Shown one piece after another: positions 34,101 to 44,500 of a stretch of DNA of 47,713 bases. The notes beneath the pieces were generated by a model. The model saw only the letters and a program-made list of their open reading frames with translations, ran no database searches and was not told where the DNA came from. Within the stretch, counting starts at the first letter, position 1. Every line of letters starts with the position of its first letter. Origin of the DNA: Rhizaria sp. SCN 62-66 (lineage: Eukaryota); the NCBI GenBank assembly GCA_001724265.1, contig MEDY01000228.1, positions 1 to 47,713 of the forward strand. The letters are read 5' to 3'. Both the position numbers and the translations under genes were made by a program.

Positions 34101-37100
34101 CACAGCGGCAGCAGGCAGTGTAGCGCCTGAGGGCAGCAGCGCGCGCCACTGGGCGGGCACAGTCGCGAGCGCTGCCGTGGCCGCTTGTGTGGGCGACTGA
34201 GCAGGAGTGCCACCGCTACTCGTGGCAGCAGTCTCAGGAGCGACACAAGCCAGCGTCTTAGCGAGTCCCGAGAGCGGTGTCAGGAAGGCGCCGTCAGGCA
34301 GCACGGAGCGCGCACGTGCAGGCGGTTCCAGCAGCGGCGGCAACGGCGTGCCATCTGCCGCAATCTCACCAGCAGCGACTTTCTTCTTGGCTCCGCTGTC
34401 GCTGACGCTGGTCGTATCGTCACCGAGGAAATTGGCCAGATCGACCTCACCTTCGTCATCGTCCGCGGCTATGTCGTCATGGCCCGCCGCAGCTGCAGCG
34501 GCCTTGGCAAAGCCGCCGCCACTCTTGATGGCGGCTACAGCGCGCTTGCCGGCCTTGCCGCCCGCGGCGACTGCGGCGATCGCAGCAGCGGCGGCGACGC
34601 GGTCGGCGCGCGGGAACGCGGCGTCGTACGCCAACGCGGCAGACACAGCCGCAAGTGTGAGCGCAAGGCGGTCGCCCGCATCAACGGCGGCTGCTACTGC
34701 TGCTGCTGCGGCGGCGGCCTGGGCCTGGGCCGTGGCAGCCGCCGCGGGCGCAGTCACTCCGGCAGCTGCGAGGGCAGACGCTGCGGTCGACAGCGCGCGC
34801 AGCAGGGCAGCGGCAATGCCGGCGTGCGAGGTCCGCGGCGGTGCGCGGGACAGCAGTGCAGTGCCTCCGCGACTGGCAGCGCAGATATTCGAGGTTGTGC
34901 TCGAACTGAAGCCTGAACTAGAACCAGAGCTTGAACCATTGTTGGCGTTGGGCTTGCGAGGAGTCTTGGCGAATAGGTTCGCAAACGCGGCGTTGCCGTC
35001 CTCATCATCGCTATCGGCCGCGGCAGCGCTCTTGGCGGCTGGCGTCGCAGCGGGTGCATTGCTGCTGCCACCGCTGTTAACGCCAGCGAGTGTGCGGGGA
35101 GCGGAGCAAACGCGCCCGTTGATGCGGAGACGCCAGAGACAGTCAGACGCCTCTTCGTCAGCGCAGTCACGCGCCCATGACGCAGGCGCTGCAGGTGGGC
35201 CACGCAGCCGCGGCGCAGGCGCGCTGCCAGCCACCCCAGCGTGCGTCGCGTCCCAGCCCGAGGGAAACAGCGCGGACGTGGCGTCCGCAGTGGTCTCCGA
35301 AGGCACGGACACGCCCTGTGTGGCGTTTGCCGCGGCCAGCGCGCCCGCGCCACCGGGTGCGTTGTTCTCGGCCGCAGTGGGCTCCAGGCGCGGTGCGTCG
35401 TTGCAGTCCGCGACGGTCGTATGATAGCGTCGCATTGCGCTGGCGAGCAGCCAGAATTCGACCGCACCGCACGCCGCGTCTGCCGCAGCGAGCGCGTCAG
35501 GCTGGGCGTCGGCAAGAGCGCGCGCCGCAGTGATGTACAAAGGCACTACCGACGGCGCAGCTTCCAGGTCACCGGAGAAGGCCACGGACGCGCGACGCAG
35601 TGGCGCAGCCGCGGCCGCAGGGAACGACGGCGCGCAGGCCGGCGGCAGCGCCCAGAGCCAGGGCCCGGAGAGACAGTCCGCGTCGAGCACCTCCGTCTCA
35701 GAGAGCCGGTCGCCGCGGACCTGCGACAGCCACACACGGCGGCCCGCGGCGGCGGCGGCCAGCGCGCACGCAGTGGGGCTGACGCCGAAGCCCGGTGCCG
35801 CCCGCGCCAGCAGCGCAAACACGCCCAGTGCGGCGGTCCGCAGCTGCAGCACCGGACCGGGCTTGGCCAACGAAGACTCGCCCTTGTCAGTAGCAGCCGT
35901 GGGACTGTCCTCGTCGCCGTTGCCGGAGCCGCCACCACGCTTGCCGTGCGACTTGCCGCCGGAGCCCTTCTCCTTCTTGTCCTTGCGTTCCTTGCGCTCA
36001 CGCTTGTCCTTGTCCTTCTTGCCCTTGCCGCGAATCTTGCTAGTCTCGGCCGCGGTCGGCGTGGGCGCGACAGCAGTTGTGCCGTCATCGTCGTCGTCAT
36101 CGCCGTCGTCGCCACCCGCATCGTCACCGTCGCGGTCAGCGTCCTCGAGCGCCAGCTCGTGCAGCCACCACAGCAACGCGCGGCCCAGCTGGGGCGGCAC
36201 GCCGGCCCAGCGTTCGCCCGTGGCAGCACTGCCCGCGCCCGCAGTCGGGCTCTTGCTGGGAGACGCGGTGTCGAGCTCGCTGCCGCTGGAGCGCGCGGGC
36301 ACGGGCTCGGCCTCGGTCGCCGCGCCCAGCGCAAGCAGGCCGGTCAGCACGCGCTGCAACGGCGCCCGCATCGATCGCGGCGCACGCCATGCGCCCTCAA
36401 CAACAACGCTTGAGTTAGCACCGAGAGCATGAGTAGTTTCATGATCCTCATCGTCGTCGCCATCGGTGGTCTCGTCAGCTCGCGACTGGCCGTCAGAGCC
36501 GAGCCTGGCAATAACAGCGTCAAGCTCAGTCACGGACGCCGCAAGCGTCTTCGCGCCGCGCCCGGCGGCCTGCTTGACGCTCGCAGCGGGCTCAGCGTTC
36601 TTCGCACCGGCGATGGGGGTGAACACAAGCACGACGTCAGACTTCTCGTCTTCCTCCATCAAACGTGCGGTCCGCGCCAAACGTGCACGCAGCCAGCGCA
36701 GCATGGCACCGCGTGCGGCCTCCAGCGCGGACAGCACGGCGCCACATTGCTGCAGCAGCGTACGCGCCGCCGCAGCCACCGTGCTCACGTTCGCTCGAGT
36801 CTCGTCATTGAGGCCAGGCAGCAGCAGGACATCGAGGCCGCCCGCCTGCCAGCCGCGCGCCGCGCTGAACGCGCCGGCGCCGCTCGACGCACTGGCAGCA
36901 GCCACAGCGTTCGCGGCAAGCAGCACAGCGGCGGCACGCAGAAAGCCGAGCTGTTGCAGCGCCCACATGGCGTATCCCGTCGAAGCGTGCACCGCGCCCG
37001 CCTCGCGGCTCTGCACGCGGCCGCGCGCGAACGCGTCTGCGCTCACGGTCACCGCGCGCAGCAGCGCAGCAGTCGCAGGACCGAGCAGCGCCGTGGCCGT

Positions 37101-39513
37101 TTCGTGCGCGGCTGCGTCGCCCGCAGCGCCCGCGCCGAGCGCCTCCGCGGGCGCGCAGAGCATCGCGTGCACGCGCCAGGGCAGCGCGGGGGCCAGCCGG
37201 CCGGCGCCCGCAGCGGAGGCGCGGTCGAGGCTGATGCCGACGCCCTCTTCCAGCGCTTCGGCGGCCGCGGCCAGCGCCTCGCTCGCGCCCGCGGCGTCAA
37301 TGGGGCTCTTGCCGGTCTGCGCGAGCACGACCGCGGCGGCGGACTCCGCGGCGCGCGCCGAAAGCCGGCCGCCGAGCTGCGCCAGCCACTCAGACTCTGG
37401 CGCGGACAGCGCGGGCGCGGCGAGCGCGAGCAGGCGCGCAGCCAGCGGCGCACGCGCGCAGGGCGCAAGAGACCCGCCGGCCGAACGCGCGCGCATCGGG
37501 GCGGCCGTTTGCAGCCGCAGCAGGCGCAGCAGCGACGGCACGCCCACAGGCGGCACCTCGGGCGCGGCGCCGGGCGCAACAGCGACGCCGGACTTGACGA
37601 GCGCAGAGCCCATTCCGGCACCGCGTTCGTCGCCTGGGCTGCTGCTGTTGCCAGTGCCGGAGCCCGAGCCTGCGGCCGCGGTGGCAAGCAGCGCCTGCTC
37701 AGCAGCGAGCGCGCGCCACGCGGCGCTCGGCAGGGCCCAGCCACTCACCGTGCTGCTCCCGGTGCCGTTGCTACTCGTGCTGCTGGCAACGTTACTCGGC
37801 GCAAACGGGCAGTCTGAGTCAAAGCCCAGCGCCGCCCGCGGCGCAGGGCACTCCGCTGCGGGCTGCGACGGAGGCAGCGCGAGCACCCAGGTCAGCGGCG
37901 GCGGCACCGTGTCCGGCAGCGCCAGCGCGCCCGCCGCAGCGGCCACGCCAACGCCGGGCGACGGCGCCTCGCTCGCTGCTCTGGCGCCAGCGCTTGAGCC
38001 CGCACTGGCGCTGGCACTGGCGATGGACTCAGCGGCTGCAAGCGCGGATGCAAGCATGTCTGAGCCTAGCGGGCGCGCGGCGGCGGCGCGCGCAGCGGCG
38101 GCCAGCGCTGCCGCAGCGCGCGCGTCTGCGCCCACTGTCGCGAGCGAGCGGGCGGTCTGCGCGGCCGCGGCAGGCGCGCCGGCAACGCCAGCGGCGGGCA
38201 GCAGCGGCAGCGCGAGCTCGGCGGGTGGCGGGCGCGCGGGCAGCGCAGTGGCGGCGGCGGAGGAGTAATACTTGCATCCTGAAGCCAGCGCGGTCACGGA
38301 CAGTGCGGAGACTGCAACGGTGGCGGCGGCCGCGGCGGCCGCGGGCGCACGAGAGCTCGCGCGCATCGGGCCTTGCCACTGCTGCAACGTCGCTGTCGAC
38401 GTTGACACTGACGTCGAGGTAGCAGCAATCAAGGACGAAGGTGCGGAGGAGGAGGAGGAAGTGTAAGCAGAAGGGGTGTTTAAGGGGGCGCGACGCGAAG
38501 CTTCCACGCGCGAGACAGAGCCGTTAGAGCTCTGCCCCGCAACGCGGGCAGCCGCCTCAGCGGACCCCCTAGAGGTCTGCTCGCGCGGCTTAACTTCGTG
38601 TCCGACCCCGGCCCCATTTCCCGAAGCTGTGGATCCCCCTTTCTTGTCGTCTCTAATTCCTCCTCCTCCTCCCCCTCCTCCTCCTCCTCCTCTGTCATCA
38701 TCGGCGTCGTCAGCGTCGTTCTTGTCCTTGTCACCGTCATTGCTGTCGTCACTGTCGTCGAAAGGGTTCAGTCCGTCGAGCGCAGACGGCGCGGCAGGCA
38801 TGTCCATGCTGTCGTCGCTGTCGTCATCGTCGCTAGCAACAATCTTATCACGAGCTGTGGCGGACTTAACAGCAGCAGCAGCAGCAGCACCGACAGCGCC
38901 AGCAGCAGCGGCATCGTTGCTATTGTTGTTGTTGTTGTCAGCGTCTGACTAGTCTTCCGAGACGATCTCGACGTCGTCGCCATCAATGCTCTCAACTTCG
39001 CCGTCATCAGCGCCAGCAGCCACGGCACCAGCAGCGCCCGCAGAAGCAGGCGCACCAGCGGTAGCAGGGGCGGCGCTATGATGGCCGCCGTCGTCGTCGC
39101 TGTCGTCGAAGGGGTTGCTCGCCCCGGCAGCGGCAGCGCCAGCAGAGACAGCAGTAACGGCGGCCGCAGCAGCATCACCAGCGGCAGCAACAGCGGCGGG
39201 CGGAGCAGTGATCCTGCTCTTAGCGGTCACACTGCTGTCGACATCCTCAACCTCCTCACCGTCGTCATCAAACGGGTTACTCTTGCCTTCCTTGCTCTTG
39301 TTGATGCTCTTGCTCCTGCTCACATCGCGCGCGCTAGCAGCAGCGGCAGCACCGGCGGTAGCGCCGGCGGCGACGGCAGCGGTGGCAGCAGGGAACTTGG
39401 GCTTGGCGAACGGGTTCACGGCAGGCACGGCCGGGGAGCTATTACCATCATCGTCGTCAGAGTCGAAGGGGTTCGCGCTGCTGTTATTCGCAGCCGCAAC
39501 CGCAGTGGGAGCC

Positions 39514-39547
<34 letters not shown>

Positions 39548-41045
39548 CACCCGTAGCAGCAGCAACAGCAGCGGTGACGGTGTCGGGCTCCGAGTCGAAG
39601 GGGTTACCAGCGCCGTCGTCACCGCCGTCGTCGTCGCCATCATCGTCGTCGAACGGGTTGCAGCCTGCACCGGCGCCGGCGGTCGTATTCTCGTCGCCGT
39701 CATCGTCGTCAAACGGGTTCGAGCCAGCGCCGGCGCCGCCGTTGCTCGCGGGGGCACTTTGGTCCTCGTCGTCGAAGGGGTTCGAGCTTGCAGCGCGACT
39801 GACGCTCGGCTTCGCAAGTCCGCCAGCCCCAGCAACGCCAGCAGCAGCAGAAGCGGCGCCAGCGGTAGCAGCAGTAGCGGGCGTGGTCTTCGGCGCTGGC
39901 ACGGGCCGCGCCGCAGCAGCACTCGCACGAGTGCCAGACGTGGCGGCGGACGCAGCGGAGTTAGGCTTGGGCGCGGGCACGGACCTAGTGCGCTCTGGCG
40001 TCTTCATAGCCGCGGTGCCCAGGGCAACAGCAATAGCGCCAGCGCCTGCAGCGGCGGCGGCAGGCGCGGGCACGGGCCGACCGCGCGCGGCTGCAGTGGC
40101 GGCGTTGGCGGCGCGCGCATTCACCGCGAGCTCGGCAACAGGGTCCACGCGGGCCGCGGCGGCGAGCGCGGTTGAGGTGGCGGCGGCGGCCGCGGCGGCC
40201 GCGGTGGCTGCAGTGGCTGCAGGTGCGTGTGCGTCGATCGTCACCAGCGCGGCAACAAGCGCGCGGTGCGTGGCGGCGTCGGCCATGAGCGCGCTGCTCA
40301 CGGTCACCTCGGCGCCGGCCTCAGCGCCAGCGGCGGTGAGGGAGCCGGGACTACCGCTGCTACTGTGGCCGTGGGCGTTCACGGGGCCGGGGGAGCTGGC
40401 GGCGAGGCGCGCGCGCAGAGTCGCGATCGACGTCGCAAGGCGCTCGGCGGCGGGCGCGAGCAGGTCCGCGCTCAGCGCCTCCAGGGCCTCGCCGCGCGCG
40501 CGGGCCGCGGCGGCCGCGGTCGCGGTGGCGGCGTGGAGGCAGCTTGTGGCGGCCGCCAGCGACTGGGGCGCCGCGGCAGCCGCCGAGGACGCCGGAGACG
40601 CGGACGGCGCCAGTGCGGCGACGGCGGCGTCGGTGGCCGCGGCCAGCGCGAGCTGAGCCTGTGCGAGCGTGGCCAGCGCGTCGGCGACAGCGCCGGTACG
40701 GCGCGCGCTTGCACTGGCGGCATCGAGCAGGACGGAGAGGGGGGCGCGGGAGAGCGCAGCGGTGGCGGCAGGCGTCGCGTCGGCAATCGCGAGCGCGGCG
40801 GCGGGCGGCAAAGCCTCGACGCGGCAGGGGTGCGCGGTGGCGAGGTCGGCGATCGAAGGTGCGAGTGCGGGCGGAGCGCGGCCGAGCAACGGCAGCGCGC
40901 AGAGCTGGCAGTAGACGGCGCGCGCGGCACACTGCTGTGCGCCGCATGTGAGGCAGTGCTTCACCGCGTCCGCCGACAAAACAACGTCTGAGGCGCCCCC
41001 GGGATCGGGGCCGCGACCAGGCGGGGCGGAAGATGCGGTGGGCAT
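31146..41045 (-). CDS. Giant (~3299 aa) NPF-repeat protein with C-terminal PATROL1/Munc13-like MUN (MHD) region; single frame with an in-frame TAG at 38949-38951
   Basis: ORFs 38949..41150 and 31146..38807 are in the same frame and separated only by one TAG. N-terminal CLTC...CAARAVYCQLC and nine NPF motifs spanning the TAG. The C-terminal motifs RLIYVDLRTELLD, FIAKLDAAL, ALFWVLVFG, DVTNLLQAF and LLRVLGQR...AAREHLK resemble, from memory, the MHD2 region of plant PATROL1/DUF810. Ends in TGA. Confidence 0.72.
38750..39790 (-). repeat. Dispersed protein-level repeat NPF(D)(D/S)xD, 9 copies
   Basis: SNPFDDED, SNPFDDDD, CNPFDDDD, GNPFDSEP, ANPFDSDD, VNPFAK, SNPFDDDG and SNPFDDSD precede the TAG; LNPFDDSD follows it. 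Confidence 0.9.
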
Positions 41046-41593
41046 CTTGGGAGAAAAAAACGGACCCGGACCCGGCGAGTCGGGGTGGGAAGGTCTATGT
41101 GGCGACCAATGCGAGTGTTGGGGATACACAGAGAGCTGCGTAAGATACAATTAAAGATACAACTAGATCCTTTTTAATGAATTCATATGCACTCAAAAAC
41201 ACCGCGATCTACGAAGGATGGAGTGGTCCGATTGCCTGTTTATTTAGGACTTGCAAAGACTACGAGTCTGCGCCTGGCGCGTGCTGCAGTGCTGAGCAAG
41301 CCTCCTTTTCAAGCAAGGCATGTGAACGCTATGCACCGCTAGACCTGAAACAGGTGGCTTGTTGTATTATCTCGCGGTGTTTTATATTAATATGTAATTT
41401 ATTGTGTCTATCCTCAGACATCTCTGTCTTTGAATTCCCGTTCTTGAAAATGTCGCCCTCTCACCAACTTAGCCCGGCATGCATTCGTATCTTCCCTCGT
41501 GTCATAGCAGTCAAGCCTTTTCACCTCTGTGAGGCTTGCAATACCGTTCCCACTCTACTACTCTACCCGCACGTACGTGAGTTTGTGCGTGAA

Positions 41594-44500
41594 ATGTCTG
41601 TGTACGGTCGTGCTGGCGCGCCCTCTCTGTCCGCGCGCCCCGCGGCAGCGCCCGCCGGGGGCGCGCGGCCCGAGAGCTCAACGCTCAAGGCTCTGCGCGA
41701 ACTCAAAACGGGTATCGACTCGAATGCCAAGTTCGGCAAGATGGTTGGCTACTCCGTTGAGTGTATGGGCCGTATGGCGACAGACCGCAACGCCGTGGAG
41801 GACATCGCGCGGTCCGGCTGCGTTGCCTCGACGCTCAATGCGCTTAAGACCGCCAAGAACCCGTCCAACGTTGAGCTGCAGCTCTCGCTCAACAAGGCGC
41901 TCCTGCGTGCATGCGATACGCGTCCGCACAGCGAGGCCTGCGCACAGCTTGTCAGTGAGAGCATCGACGGCGACTTCGCGCCCTTCGCCAACTCCATCTT
42001 CCACCACGAAGGCCGCGACGTGCTCATGTCCAACGCGCAGCTCATGCGCAAGATGGGCTCCGTCGCCGACCCCACAGAGCGCGCGCGCAACGTTGCCGAG
42101 ATGAAGCGTCACGGCATCTACGACGCGCTTGCAATGCGCGCGCTGCAGACACCCGACTCAGACCCCGACTTGCTCGCAGAGCTGCTTAATGCGCTCGCGA
42201 CGGGCGCGCACGACCCAGACGTCGCGCAGATGCTCATCGACAAGGGTCTCTTCGAGAAGGTCATGGCTGCGCTGGCGGCGAACCCGACGCACAAGGCGCT
42301 GGCGCTTGCCGCAGCGAACCTCATTGCCGCCGCGGCTTCTGCGGGACCGCACATCGTCGAGCAGCTGCGCGCGCTCGGGCTGATCGACGTTCTCGCCAAG
42401 CTCTGCCAACAGTTCCCGCACTTCGCCGCGCTGCAGGCGGCTGTTGCGCGCGCCATGGCGCTGCTGGCGGGCGACAACGACGTCACCCGCGTACTCGCCG
42501 TGCTCCGCACTCCGGATCTCTCCTGGACCAAGCTCGCTGAGGCCACGGCGCAGCTGGCCACGATGCTGCTCGCGCCCGCCCTTGTCCCGGGCTTCCACGC
42601 CGCGGGCGGCCGCGACGTGCTCTACCCGCTGCTCAAGCGCGCCGCCGAGGCCATTTGCGGCGTTGGCGGGCTCCAGGACCCCATGCTGGTGGCCGCCTTC
42701 ACCCAGATCGCGCTAGCCATGGCGCGTTCCGTCGCTGGCAGCGAAGAGTACGTCTACGCCGCGCTCAAGGCCGGCGTCGCGCAGCCGCTCGCGCGCGCCG
42801 TCTCGGCCCTTGGCGTAGCTCTGGCGGGCGTCACGATGGGTAGCGCACCACTGGTCGACACGCAGCTCGATGCGCTTGCCGCCGGCATCGCAGCCATCCG
42901 CGCGCTCGTCACGCGCCCCGAGAACGTGACGTACCTCGAGCGCGCGGGCGCTTTAGTGGGCGCACTGCGCGCCGCGCTGCCGCACCTTGCGCACGAGGGC
43001 GTGCAGCGCGCTGTGACGGGCCTGGTCGACGCGCTGCTCGAGCACGGGATGGGGCTGACCGCGGGCACGGCGCGCACCGCGAGCACCGAGACTGTGGAGG
43101 CAATGGTGGCCGCCGTGCTGGGGCTGCTGCGCGCGCACCGCGACGACGCGCGCACGGTTGAGAGCGGGTGCGAGCAGCTCGGCCGTCTCGCTGTCGACGC
43201 CGCGGTGGAAATGGTCATCATCGCGCAGGGCGGCGGCGAGCTGCTTGTCGAGCTCATCTCGCAGCACGGCGACGACGAAGACACAATCGTGGCCGCGCTT
43301 AAGGCCGTCGACCTGGCTGCCATGCTCGCTGAGGGCTGCGAGCGCCTGCTTAAGACCGACATCGAGGCGCTACTCGCTCAGCTCGGCCGCAAGCACAAGA
43401 ACAGCGGCGCCGTACAGGAGCTCATCAACAAGATCACCGGCGCACTCGCCGCGCACCGTGCGCGCACCGTGCCGCCCGCCCCGCGCGCGCCCGCGGTGCC
43501 GCAGCCGCCCGTGGCCGCGGTGCCCGGCGGCATGGACCCCGCGCTCAGCGCGATGCTCGCGGATATGAGCAAATTCGCCGGTGGCTTCGGCGTGGGGCTG
43601 CCCGCCGGCTTCGGCGCAGGTCTCGGCGGCGGCAATGGCGGCGTGAACGAGCGCGTTGAGCACACGCGCAACATCCACCATCGCCACGGCGGCGCCGGTG
43701 ACGACGACGGCGCGAACGGCGCGGGCAAGTCGAAGCTCTCGCTTGGCGGGATCCCGATCAACTTTGCTGTGCCGGAGGAAGAGGAGGCGCGCTACGGCAA
43801 GCACTTGCTCGACGCCATGAACAAGATCCAGGGCCTCATCACCGCGCGGCAGCCCGGCCGCTTGCTAAACCTGTACGAGATGCTACTTACGCCCGCGCAG
43901 GCCTCGGTCTCGCCCGTGGACCGCGACTTCCTCCTGGGCGTCGTCTTGGCGGCCGTGGCGACGCTGGCCGACGAGGCCGCGGACGAGGAGGCCGCGGCCG
44001 GGCTCGACGGCTCCTCCGGCGCGGTCGCTGAGGGCGAGGGCTCGCCCGTGTTGTGGGAGCTGCTCGCCGCGCTGGCCGACTTCAACGTGCTCGACCGCAT
44101 CCTCGCCGCCGCCGTGCGCCACCACGACAAGGCGCTGCCGCTGCTCGCCATCGTCGTCGAGGACGCCGTCACCGTGCTCGCACTCGCGCGCCGGCCCGAG
44201 ACGGACCGCGCGCTCGAGGCCACAGGGCTCGACCCCGCGGACGCGCCCGGCGCCGACGCCGAGATGGGCAAGGGCCGCACGCAGGCCGGGCGGCGCATCC
44301 CGGCGCCCGTCGTACGCGGCGCGCTCGAGCGCACGCGCGCGGCCGTGCAGCAGATGGCGCGCGAGTACGCCGCTGGCGCGGCGCAGCGGCGCGAGGCGGC
44401 CGCGGCAGCGCGCGCGCGGCGTGCGCAGACGATGAAGGACTTGGTGATGATGGGCGAGCAACGCCGCACCGAGATGGAGCAGCAGCGCCGCGAGGAAGCC

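Noticed and set aside
2354-39545. (GCA)n, (GTT)n, (GCG)n and (CCT)n microsatellites
   Set aside because: They are in-frame homopolymer codon runs (poly-Ala/Gln/Asn/Gly/Ser) within exons, not independent elements.
32191-40656. Long antisense and alternative-frame ORFs (e.g. 36466..38268 +, 39115..40656 +, and similarly 2428..3951 + and 16475..17746 -)
   Set aside because: These are shadow ORFs caused by high GC and GCN-rich codons on the true coding strand. They have no domain motifs and overlap well-supported genes.
41177-41593. 139-codon N-terminal extension of the ARM-PH ORF
   Set aside because: It is AT-rich, Cys/Ile/Phe-rich sequence unlike the coding style here, and it occupies the divergent promoter space. 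It is probably open by chance, though a start at 41450 cannot be excluded.
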